Positions 1 through 8,326 of a stretch of 64,000 bases of DNA are shown piece after piece. Below the pieces are notes generated by a model, which saw only the letters and a list, made by a program, of their open reading frames with translations, was not told where the DNA came from and made no database searches. Origin of the DNA: Candidatus Obscuribacterales bacterium (GTDB lineage: Bacteria > Cyanobacteriota > Vampirovibrionia > Obscuribacterales > Obscuribacteraceae); contig JBAYTY010000009.1 in NCBI GenBank assembly GCA_041675385.1, positions 14,237 through 78,236 of the forward strand, written 5' to 3'. How positions within the stretch are numbered: the stretch's first letter is position 1; each line of letters opens with the position of its first letter. A program made the position numbers and the translations under genes.

Positions 1-1
1 T

Positions 2-952
2 TTGCTGGTGCGTATCCTCGGCGACTGGTGGACGACACGCTTCAAGGGCTGCAACTTTCGCACGGATATGGATCTCGGCATATCGGTTTGTAGTGTCCAA
101 GCTAACGTGACCAAGCCAAGCTCTAATCACGTTCATCTCAACGCCAGATTCGAGCAAATGAACGGCAGTGCTGTGCCTGAACACGTGTGGAGAGACCGAC
201 TTAGGCGATCCATCCGAACGTGTTTTTTGAACGGCAAGCGTGTGTCTTCGGACAATTTTGTAAATACCGAATCGAGTGAGCGGCTGCCCTTTACACGACT
301 GAAACACGGACATTTCACCTTGCTGCTCCCGTCCATGGATCAGCTGTTTAAGCAGTAACAATGTGTCTTGCCACAACGGGCAGAAGCGCCACTTATCTCC
401 CTTGCCATGTAAATTGACCCGCGAAGCTTGAACATCAAGGAATTTGATTTTCAGATTTGAAATTTCTTGAACTCGCGCTCCAGTATTGTACAAAAACAAA
501 ATCAGCGCTCGATCTCGCAACGCCAATTTACCCTGCATCGAGATGCCAGAGATTACACCCGCGATCTCATCTTGCTCCAGAAAGAATGTTTCCGATGGTT
601 GGCACCGCTTACTTGGAATCGCTGCCACGCGCTGAGCTTCTATCAGCGATTCTGGTATCTGTGTGGCCATGTATTCATGGAATGAGTGAAGCACGGCTAG
701 ACGATGATTGCGTGTTCTCACGGAGTTGTGACGATCTTCTTCTAGCCATTTGAGAAATTTGACTGAACGCTCCATTGTGAAATAACTTGGCTCTAACTTC
801 GTCAGTCTGCATTTTGATTCCTGCGAAACGTAACCAAGAAATAGCCGCAGCACATCTCGGTAACTCTTAATAGTTGCTGGCCGCAAACCCTTTTGAACAG
901 GAAGGTAATCCAAAAGAAAACTCTGCAATACATCTCCAAGTAGTCTTGTCAT
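2..952 (-). CDS. Tyrosine recombinase, RitC-like; C-terminus runs off the window edge (absent from the supplied ORF track)
   Basis: Own minus-strand translation from the ATG at 952 gives MTRLLGDVLQSFLLDYLPVQKGLRPATIKSYRDVLRLF... It is open for 317 codons to the window edge. Integrase motifs are NTGARVQEI, HVFRHSTAVHLL (H-x-x-R) and LGHVSLDTTNRYAEI (His/Tyr nucleophile). Plus-strand ORFs 2..358 and 457..753 are shadow ORFs of this gene. Confidence 0.85.
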   Translation of the reverse strand, partial: MTRLLGDVLQSFLLDYLPVQKGLRPATIKSYRDVLRLFLGYVSQESKCRLTKLEPSYFTMERSVKFLKWLEEDRHNSVRTRNHRLAVLHSFHEYMATQIPESLIEAQRVAAIPSKRCQPSETFFLEQDEIAGVISGISMQGKLALRDRALILFLYNTGARVQEISNLKIKFLDVQASRVNLHGKGDKWRFCPLWQDTLLLLKQLIHGREQQGEMSVFQSCKGQPLTRFGIYKIVRRHTLAVQKTRSDGSPKSVSPHVFRHSTAVHLLESGVEMNVIRAWLGHVSLDTTNRYAEIHIRAKVAALEACRPPVAEDTHQQ

Positions 953-1932
953 AGTGTCACATCCTTGATCACCGGTGCCGCAAAGCTCTCGAATCTCTTG
1001 CCTGCTTCAGTGAGTAAATCTCCGGTAATCGTCAGATAAACCGCCGTAGACGCCAGCTGTGAGTGTCCTAAAAAAGTCGACAGTTGAAACATGCATAAAG
1101 ACGGGTCCTTCCCTTCTCGGTACAAGCGCAGAAGCGTATTGGTGGCAAATGAATGACGAAGGTCGTGGAGTCTCGGTTCTCGCTCGCCAGGCTCTGCCCG
1201 ATGGCCCAACTTTAGACTGAGCTGATGAAAAATCTGGCTGATGGTACAAGTGTTCACGGGGCGCCGATGCAGAATGTCAAATGAAAAGACAAAGGCATCG
1301 TTGCTTAGACCGCTTTGATCTGCAAGATAGGTTCTAAGTTGCTGGGCTAATATAGGGCCCATTGGCACGAAGCGACTCTTCGAAAACTTGGTTTCCTTAA
1401 TCGACAGAATCTCACGAGTTAAGTCCACATCTTGTATGCGCAGGCGGCACACTTCACCGACTCGGAGACCAAGTCCATAAAGTAGAGCGAACATAAGTCG
1501 ATAGCTGACTCCACGTCCAATCGCATTTTGTGCATCGGGCAATTCGGCAGCGAGTGCCAGCAGCTGTTTTACTTGCGCCGCGCGCAAAATATGCGGTTTA
1601 AGTTCGGAACCTGATCTTCTCGTCTTCGCTGTCAGTGGTGATGTTTTCAGAATTTCTTGAACAACAAGCCAATTGAATAATCGACGAATCACACCTACTA
1701 GATGATTGTAACTTCTCGGACGTGCTCGGGGGCGCGAGCAGATAAATGCGTTCAAAACTTCGCTCGTAATCTCGTCTATGCGCGAAATTCCTGCACAGAC
1801 AAGATAGCGATCGAATAACCTTAATGCCTTCTCCTCCGTGAAAAACTTCTTGTGTAAAGCTCTCTTGTGAATCAAGAATTTCTGAATTGCGTCAGCTAGC
1901 GGGCTTTCAAAGGCTTTTGATGCGCTCTTCAT
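949..1932 (-). CDS. Tyrosine recombinase, RitB-like
   Basis: 327-aa ORF with motifs LGLRVGEVCRL (Arg I), HDLRHSFATNTLL (H-x-x-R) and LGHSQLASTAVYL (His..Tyr). It is ATGA-coupled to both neighbouring recombinase genes. Confidence 0.88.
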   Translation of the reverse strand: MKSASKAFESPLADAIQKFLIHKRALHKKFFTEEKALRLFDRYLVCAGISRIDEITSEVLNAFICSRPRARPRSYNHLVGVIRRLFNWLVVQEILKTSPLTAKTRRSGSELKPHILRAAQVKQLLALAAELPDAQNAIGRGVSYRLMFALLYGLGLRVGEVCRLRIQDVDLTREILSIKETKFSKSRFVPMGPILAQQLRTYLADQSGLSNDAFVFSFDILHRRPVNTCTISQIFHQLSLKLGHRAEPGEREPRLHDLRHSFATNTLLRLYREGKDPSLCMFQLSTFLGHSQLASTAVYLTITGDLLTEAGKRFESFAAPVIKDVTL

Positions 1933-3197
1933 GTCAATTCCTCCTCGACACCTAAGGACAGCTCACGAAGCGAACTGATGTCCATCTTTGAATACGTCTT
2001 TGTGGAATCAGTTGACCTGTGCCCGACATAATCTCCGATTAACTTGAACGAAAAATGTGCATCGACTAGCCGCTGAACGCACGTATGGCGCAAAGTGTGA
2101 GAACCCGGCCGGGCTACTTTGATTCCTGCCTTGTGTATATAAGACGATGCTCGAGTCGAGACCGCGTTCCAGGTCAAAGGCACTACAGGCGATATCACGC
2201 GGAAAAACAATGCCCGTTCCGCTGTTTCCGGTCTGTCCTTTCGCAAGTATTCGAGTATCGCTTCGCCCACGATCTTTGAAAGTGGGTATGCGGTCGTGTG
2301 GCCAGCTTTGCGTCCGGAAATTGTTAGCTGCTCCCTCTTCCAATCAATGTCTTCTAATTTGATGGAAGCTACTTCCCGAGCGCGCAGTCCATATGTAACT
2401 AAAAGGAGCAAAATAGCATAGTCCCTCCGTCCAACAGCTGTCCGTCGATCGACCGACTCAAGCATTAGACGTACATCGTGCCAACTAATAGAGCGAGGCA
2501 GATCCGCCAATTGATACTTCTGGGGCGATTCGATCGTAAGACCCAAATCGCGGTCAATAAGCCGTTCTCTATACAGAAATTTGAGGTAAATTCTAATTGA
2601 GCTACAAACACCGGTCATGGCTGATTTACCAAGCCTTTCCTTGTTATTAGCGACAAAGCCGCTCAAGATGGCCGGGGACAATTCTTTTACGCTCTGCAAA
2701 CCGATTCTGCGAGTATATTTTTGAAATAATCGAAGCGCGTAATCATAAACTCTCAAAGTGCATTTTGTCAGGCCCCGCTCTTCTCGCAGGTATACAAAGA
2801 ATTTTTCCGCGTGCTCCAGACTTGGTGAGTCAGTATATCGGCCCAAGACTCGACCGCCGTTGAAGTCTGCGAATACAAGCCCCAGCATTTGTCTGACCGG
2901 GGTGCTCAGCTCCTTAATGCACTGCTTCCTGCGAACTTCTGTTCTGACCCGATTGGTCCGTGCCTCTTGAGCTATCGCAAATTCTTGTACATAGTTTGGC
3001 AAGTCTTCAATTTTTTTCGCGCCATGATGTTGCGCAAAATCACCGAACGCAACAATTATCGGCACGCGTCTTACAATCGTTGTTCTTGGATATCCCTGTT
3101 TTTCAAGCCAGTCCACATACTGCTCGATATTGTTTGCGATCCAAGAGCATCTGATTCGATCGACTGTTTGTGGCTTTGAGAAATATTTTTCCAACAT
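1929..3197 (-). CDS. Tyrosine recombinase, RitA-like
   Basis: The track ORF reaches 3326, but an AAGGAG Shine-Dalgarno sits 6 nt upstream of the internal ATG at 3197 (MLEKYFSKPQT...). Motifs are YGLRAREVASI, HTLRHTCVQRLV and VGHRSTDSTKTYSKM. Confidence 0.82.
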   Translation of the reverse strand: MLEKYFSKPQTVDRIRCSWIANNIEQYVDWLEKQGYPRTTIVRRVPIIVAFGDFAQHHGAKKIEDLPNYVQEFAIAQEARTNRVRTEVRRKQCIKELSTPVRQMLGLVFADFNGGRVLGRYTDSPSLEHAEKFFVYLREERGLTKCTLRVYDYALRLFQKYTRRIGLQSVKELSPAILSGFVANNKERLGKSAMTGVCSSIRIYLKFLYRERLIDRDLGLTIESPQKYQLADLPRSISWHDVRLMLESVDRRTAVGRRDYAILLLLVTYGLRAREVASIKLEDIDWKREQLTISGRKAGHTTAYPLSKIVGEAILEYLRKDRPETAERALFFRVISPVVPLTWNAVSTRASSYIHKAGIKVARPGSHTLRHTCVQRLVDAHFSFKLIGDYVGHRSTDSTKTYSKMDISSLRELSLGVEEELT

Positions 3198-3318
3198 GGC
3201 AATCTCCTTTCTTAACTTCGTGAAAGAAGATTTGCCCCAATGTGAGGTACTGGTTATGTGCCCGCGGTAGCACGCCACTGCGGCGGCTGCCGATGGTCTT
3301 CTGCTTAATGCCACATAA

Positions 3319-4035
3319 TCAAACACGGCACATTATCCAGACAACCCAAAAGCCACAATCACTCAGCCTTGCAGGTATGAGCCGATAATAAATGCGACGT
3401 TCCTGGAAATGGCTTCACACTACTCTTGTGCCGTAATTCCAGCGAGAGTGCGTAAGCCGAAAGATAAGGCGAAAGCGGAGCTGGCCGTGGGGCTCGCAAC
3501 TCGTTGGATTTTGGCTAGGCTGCGCAATCGCACTTTCTTCTCACTGCACGAGATAAGAGTCGCAATCAAGGAACTTCTTGAAGATGCAAATAATCGGCCA
3601 TTCAAGAAAATTCAAGGCTCTCGCAAAACCATGTTCGTTGAACTCGATAAGCCAGCACTAAGTCCGTTGCCAGAAAGACCTTTTGAATTCGCTGAGTTTC
3701 GAAAAGCTAGAGTCGGCGTTGACTACCACGTGGAATTTGAAGGGCATTGGTACAGCTGCCCATATCAACTTGCGAAACAAGAAGTGGAGCTTCGAGTAAC
3801 CGCTAGCACTGTCGAGATAATTCACAAGCATCGCCGCATAGCAAGCCATTCAAGAGACTTCCACAAAGCTAAACATTCTACGCTTCCAGAACACATGCCG
3901 AAATCGCACAGGGAGTACCAAACCGCCAATCCACCTCGACTAATCGGCTGGGCTGAGATGTACGGGCAAGGCGCGAAGCAATTGATTGAAGCTATTCTGG
4001 AATCGAAGCCGCATCCGGAGCAAGGCTACAGAGTG
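3319..4035 (+). pseudogene. istA: IS21-family IstA transposase, internal fragment (both ends missing)
   Basis: The frame is open from 3319. It reads ..[49 protein letters not shown]...HPEQGYRV*, which is the typical IstA core segment. There is no N-terminal HTH or first catalytic region. The conserved tail is cut at 4034, where an IS21-type terminal repeat begins. Confidence 0.85.
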
Positions 4036-4370
4036 TAAATTGCGGAATTATTTGGCAGGTTTTTTGTGGAATTAATTGGCAGACTCTTTGTGTAATTATT
4101 TGTCAGTATGCGAGTTGATTTCGTTGCTGAAATTGGGGGGGGGGCCGCTACACATAAAAAGGATTGTTCGGTTTTGGATTTTCCAGAAGTGTCAAATATC
4201 TAGGTTTTCAGGTTCTGGTTGTGAAGCCGAGTGTATAATATAAGGGGTTTCAAAATAGAAAAGCAGTGCGAGTGATTCCAGATTGTGGGGTAGTGTTAAG
4301 TGCCCTAATGGGTTTGTCATGCTGACAAATAGCGCCACACTTTTCCTGCCATTTAATTCCATAATCTACA
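4034..4370 (+). mobile_element. IS21-type miniature element or end-pair (multi-repeat terminal inverted repeats, no transposase)
   Basis: The left end is TGTAAATTGCGGAATTATTTGGCAG followed by GGAATTAATTGGCAG and GTAATTATTTGTCAG. The reverse complement of the right end is TGTAGATTATGGAATTAAATGGCAG followed by GTGTGGCGCTATTTGTCAG. Twenty of the first 25 nt are identical between the ends, and TGT..CAG repeat boxes occur at both ends. The interior is non-coding and contains a G10 tract (4135-4144). Confidence 0.6.
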
Positions 4371-4408
4371 ACTGCCCTAATAATCAATGAAGTAGAAAGG
4401 AGAACTAT

Positions 4409-4804
4409 ATGTTCAACCTTTTTAAGTTTGCTGCTCAGGAGCCGCCTCCTGACAGTAAGACCACCGACTCGTATTTCGAGAAGCTGGTCAAATACATCCC
4501 AGCGGACATCCTGGCTGCGTATGTGGCGATTACTGGCATCACTGCGAGTAATGACCCGCCGCTGTGGTTGACCTGGGGCGTCTTCGGAGTGCTTCTGGCG
4601 CTGACTCCTTTGTATGTCTGCTACGTCAAAACGGTCCCCAAGGGATTTCTAACCTCAAAGACCTTCCACTGGGTCACTGCTTGCCTGGCATTCGCTGCGT
4701 GGGTATTCGCTCTGGGTGGGCCTTTTGCCACGTTTGTTTGGTACAAACCATATCTTGGATCGGTGGTATTGATTCTGACAACGCTGATCATTCCAGTGTG
4801 CCGA
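4409..4804 (+). CDS. Small multi-pass membrane protein, 3' end displaced by an antisense group II intron
   Basis: An AAGGAG SD precedes the ATG at 4409, and 132 native codons carry several hydrophobic helices. From 4805 the reading frame runs into intron sequence (the tail of track ORF 4409..4897 is intron-derived). Confidence 0.6.
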
Positions 4805-4841
4805 GTAGACGGGGCGTGTCACCACGCCCGCGCCCCTCTAA

Positions 4842-4875
4842 GAACTGTGCGTGATAGTTTCCCATCACACAGCTC
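4842..4875 (-). ncRNA. Group II intron domain V
   Basis: The minus strand reads GAGCTGTGTGATGGGAAACTATCACGCACAGTTC. This is a 34-nt hairpin with the AGC-type catalytic triad position, a 2-nt bulge context and a GAAA tetraloop, as in the domain V consensus. Confidence 0.8.
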
Positions 4876-6355
4876 GCGCATCCAACCCAGTCAGTGACCG
4901 GGCTTTTGTTACTTTACGTTGTCGTATGCGGGCTTTGCGTCTTTCTTCTCGTGTCTGCCAGTATTCTCGGAGAGTGGGGTCATCTGGGCTGGCGGTGCCT
5001 TTTACCTTAATGTGTCGTTCGATTGGAACCGAGCTAACATCAAATAGGTAAATGGTTTTCTTGCCATCATAGGCTTGAAACACCCAATGAGCGTTTCCAC
5101 GCTGTCCGAAGTATTTCTTTGCTACCCAGCGTTTCCCTTTGTTTTGATGGCGCCGTAGGCACCATTTCCAAAGCATCTTCCAGATTTGTGACGATACGTA
5201 AGAGAGCACTTGCTTGCTAACGACATGTGAGTAGTGGTTCGACCATCCAGGTAGGATTTTATTGAAGTGTCTTATGACATTTTCGGTTGCAGTCTGTTTG
5301 TGGTTGTTCAGCCACAAACGTAGTTTTGCGAGGAAAGCCAACACCTTTTCTTTCTGTGGTTTGATAAGGCATTTGCCTTTGTATTTCCTAACATTGAAAC
5401 TCAAGAAATTGAACCCATCATTGATGTGCACAATTCTTGTTTTCTCCGGGTGCAGAGTCAAACCTCGCGGCTGTAGCCATTCTTCAATGGTCGATTGTGC
5501 GGCTTCAATCTTTTCACGAGTGCTTGCACATACTATTAGGTCGTCTGCATAGACTACGCAGCCATACGCTGGACCTAGTTTCTGTTGCAAACCGTACAGG
5601 GCTACGTTCAACAATAAGGGAGAGATTGTTCCCCCTTGTGGAACGCCGCTTTCTGTTTCGTGGAAGAAATCAGCCTCTACATAACCGGCTTTGAGCCACT
5701 CCTCAATAAGTTTTCGACCGGGCACTTGGCCGAGCATAGTGAGTATATGGGTATGTGAAATTTTATCAAATGCGCTTTTTAAGTCAGTGTCTAATATCCA
5801 TGGACGCCGACTCTTGCCCTTTAAGTAATGCCAGCATTGCACTATTGCATCGTGTATACTTCTTCCGGGTCGGAAGCCGTAGCTGTGTTGCTCGAATTGA
5901 GCTTCCCAACATGGTTCTATTGCATTTTTCACAATTGTCTGGGCGATTCTATTTCGAGTGGTTGGTATGCCCAACGGGCGCTCTTGGCCTGGTTTGCCAG
6001 GCTTTGGAATGTATACTCGTCTGGTTGGTTTGGCCTTCCAGATTGTATACTGCCCCATGCTCTGAACTAGAGCCATTCTCGCTTTAGGAGTTAAAGCCAC
6101 TTCTCCATCAACTCCGGCAGTGTTTTTGCCTTTGTTCTTTTGAGTGACTTGTCGCACAGACACAAGCAGATTAAAGTAACTACGGAGCATTAGCTTCATG
6201 AGGCTTCTAACCACATTCCACTTTTGCTCACGTGTTGCACGAAATATACGCTGTCTCAGTTTCCTGATAGACTTCTCAATCAGTTGCCACGGTAGTAGCC
6301 CCCAATCGAGGGTCTGTCCTTCTGTTCCGATACTATTGCTAGTTCTATCTTTCAC
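4865..6355 (-). CDS. Group II intron-encoded reverse transcriptase/maturase
   Basis: 496-aa ORF with RT blocks (..RPLGIPT.., ..DLKSAFD.., VVYADDLIV) and a C-terminal maturase/thumb-like region (..GWSNHYSHV..). No HNH/CxxC endonuclease motifs are visible in the tail. Confidence 0.95.
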   Translation of the reverse strand: MKDRTSNSIGTEGQTLDWGLLPWQLIEKSIRKLRQRIFRATREQKWNVVRSLMKLMLRSYFNLLVSVRQVTQKNKGKNTAGVDGEVALTPKARMALVQSMGQYTIWKAKPTRRVYIPKPGKPGQERPLGIPTTRNRIAQTIVKNAIEPCWEAQFEQHSYGFRPGRSIHDAIVQCWHYLKGKSRRPWILDTDLKSAFDKISHTHILTMLGQVPGRKLIEEWLKAGYVEADFFHETESGVPQGGTISPLLLNVALYGLQQKLGPAYGCVVYADDLIVCASTREKIEAAQSTIEEWLQPRGLTLHPEKTRIVHINDGFNFLSFNVRKYKGKCLIKPQKEKVLAFLAKLRLWLNNHKQTATENVIRHFNKILPGWSNHYSHVVSKQVLSYVSSQIWKMLWKWCLRRHQNKGKRWVAKKYFGQRGNAHWVFQAYDGKKTIYLFDVSSVPIERHIKVKGTASPDDPTLREYWQTREERRKARIRQRKVTKARSLTGLDARAV

Positions 6356-7093
6356 AGTCGTTAGAATCCTTTACTTTGTTATCTCGCGGGACACTCTCTG
6401 GAAGTCAGCCGCCTTTCAGCGTGGGCATGGTCCCTATCTTCGCCATTACAGCGAGGCATTTGCTTTCTCCAGAATCCGTTACCTCCTGAGCTGTTAGCCT
6501 TTGCTTACGCTCTGATTACTCGCTGGACAAGCGAGAGCCCATGAGGCTTACCACGTTCCGATTGAACGACTAGCGACCAGTTTAGGTCTCATCAATATTC
6601 CGGCAGAATTGAGCCTCCTCACTGCCTGTCTTCCAATCAGACAGCCATTCTGCTTCCCTTTTGGGCATGGTGTATCAGCCACTTTCACCATTCAACTGAT
6701 AACGGAACTTGAAATGATTTGCTTTCGCTGACCTTGCTGGTCCCCCTTTGACCCTTGACCTCGTTTGTGGCTTGAAGTTTTGAGTCTTTCGTGCCCTTCT
6801 ATTAACTGCGGTCATTGCTTACTAGCAGCGTGGGCGGAGTCCGTGAGGACTCTTTTACGTAGGGGCAGAGCGGGGAGGGGCTCTGAGATTAAATCCGATC
6901 ATTCAGTCGGCCTCGTGTCGATGATGGAAGGTCAGTTCTATCCCTGTGGCACTCCGTCGGAGCCTCCAGCTCCACCTGCTGTGCCCCCGGATGCGCCTAG
7001 TCCTGCCCCGCAGCCGATTCCGCCGGCAGCAGATCCTGCGACTCCCTCTGAACCTCCGAGCTCGTAACTCTTATTGAAGAAAGAGACCTGAAA

Positions 7094-7345
7094 ATGGATC
7101 AGCCTGATTTCGCCCCTCTGCATGAGGCGGCCTATCAAGAGCTTATTTTGGACCAGCAAGCCCTTACTTCTGTAGAAGTTGGCTTGGCTGGTGCCTCCAA
7201 ATCTAATTGTGCCGATTGCGACTATTCCAAAATGGAGCAACCGGATTTCTCGCCTTTGTTTGTCCCTGCTTCCAGTGCTCTGGAGCCCCGGGGAAACAAG
7301 GCCCCATTTGCCAGTCTTGTGGAGCGCGCCAAGTTCGTTTGGTAG
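7094..7345 (+). CDS. Hypothetical small protein with internal duplication (MDQPDFAPL / MEQPDFSPL)
   Basis: ORF only, with a weak SD. A roughly 30-nt module including an ATG is repeated at 7091 and 7229. Confidence 0.25.
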   Translation: MDQPDFAPLHEAAYQELILDQQALTSVEVGLAGASKSNCADCDYSKMEQPDFSPLFVPASSALEPRGNKAPFASLVERAKFVW

Positions 7346-7381
7346 CGGTTCTTTCGGCATGGCAGAAGAAAGGAAAAAAGT

Positions 7382-7957
7382 ATGAGAGTATCCTCTCTAA
7401 TTCTCGCGGCAGTTGTCGCGCTCTCGCTTGCTGGGTGTGCTGTGGCACCGTCAGTGCGAGTACATCCACTCACGGCCGCTCAGCCGACTGTCGTTGACCT
7501 GGACGCCTCGGCGAGGGCCATTATCATGGTTCCAAAGCCTGATGGCAAAGGAATGGCTGTGTGCTCCGAGCCGTCGCCTGATGTGGCGATGTCGGCTGTG
7601 GCGAGTATGCTGGCTCAGGTCAAACTCGACAATCCGAATGTCGACGTTCAGACCAAGCTGGATTTCCAGACAGCGGTTATTGACTTGGCTCGTCGCAGTC
7701 AGTTCGTGAACTTTCAAAGGGAGAGTCTGTTTCGCCTTTGCGAACAGGGCATGAATCAGAATTTGAGTTCTGAACAGATCTTCGTGTTGTATCAGCAGGT
7801 GCTGCAGACTTCGCTCAAATTGGCGGAAGCTGAGTTGGCGAAGAACAAGGCAGATTTGGCCAAGGCCCTGAAGGACCCGGCTGTTCGGCAGTTGTTGAAT
7901 CAGCTGGTGGACAAGCCGATTGAGCCCATGCCGCTGGTTGGGCCGAAGAAGAAGTGA
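7382..7957 (+). CDS. Lipoprotein of unknown function
   Basis: The signal peptide has a lipobox: MRVSSLILAAVVALSLAG-C. A purine-rich SD region precedes the ATG. Confidence 0.8.
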   Translation: MRVSSLILAAVVALSLAGCAVAPSVRVHPLTAAQPTVVDLDASARAIIMVPKPDGKGMAVCSEPSPDVAMSAVASMLAQVKLDNPNVDVQTKLDFQTAVIDLARRSQFVNFQRESLFRLCEQGMNQNLSSEQIFVLYQQVLQTSLKLAEAELAKNKADLAKALKDPAVRQLLNQLVDKPIEPMPLVGPKKK

Positions 7958-8326
7958 GAAGCGTGGCGAGTGGCTGATAGGGCGCGGAAATCAAGTATGG
8001 AGATAACGACCGATTATGTTTCATCGATGTCTTATTGACTTCGCGGCTAAGGCTGAAAACTCAAACCAGCCCAGCATCCCTAATTTCTCCGCCCCCATTT
8101 TTCTAACTGTTGCATCTTCTTTTAAGTGCAGTCAGTTAGACCCGACCCCCAGTTAACAGATTCTGCGCTTCTCCTTCTCGTGGCAGGCGCCAGATTCTTG
8201 TTGCAAATAGAAACGTAATCATCTGCATTCGCAGATTCTCGCGACTTACAAGGATTGAACCCTTGTAAGCGCTCAAAGCGGAAAAATCATTTCGATTTCT
8301 CCGAACCAATTTAAAAGGAAAAACAA

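Larger units (their letters stand above)
1..3330 (-). mobile_element. Recombinase-in-trio (RIT)-like element, partial (far end off-window)
   Basis: Three head-to-tail tyrosine recombinase genes lie on the minus strand. They are joined by ATGA stop/start overlaps at 1929-1932 and 949-952. Sizes (422/327/>317 aa) and order fit the RitA-RitB-RitC pattern. The near end must lie between the RitA-like start (3197) and the truncated IS21 istA fragment (about 3319-3334). Confidence 0.7.
4805..6952 (-). mobile_element. Bacterial group II intron (ORF-containing), boundaries approximate at the 5' end
   Basis: An RT/maturase ORF lies in domain IV. A canonical domain V is present at 4842-4875, followed by a domain VI-like hairpin and a ..CUAC 3' end at 4805. 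The 5' end is proposed at 6952 (GUGCC..., 597 nt upstream of the IEP GTG start). A candidate EBS1 (UCCGUU) in domain I can pair with GACGGA immediately upstream of that site. Confidence 0.8.

Noticed and set aside
2-753. Plus-strand ORFs 2..358, 457..753 and 467..685
   Set aside because: They are shadow ORFs opposite the RitC-like recombinase gene, which has clear family motifs.
4865-6355. Reverse transcriptase as a retron or diversity-generating retroelement
   Set aside because: The ORF has a maturase-type C-terminal region. It is embedded in a ribozyme with canonical domains V and VI. No template/variable repeat pair or msr/msd-like structure was seen.
6765-7360. ORFs 6765..7067 (+), 6938..7360 (-) and the 7179-7497 ORF cluster as genes
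   Set aside because: They overlap the intron 5' region and each other. They lack SDs and have biased Pro/Gly/Ala composition typical of out-of-frame GC-rich sequence. Only the Pro-rich end of 6765..7067 is kept, as a possible displaced tail of the interrupted membrane-protein gene.
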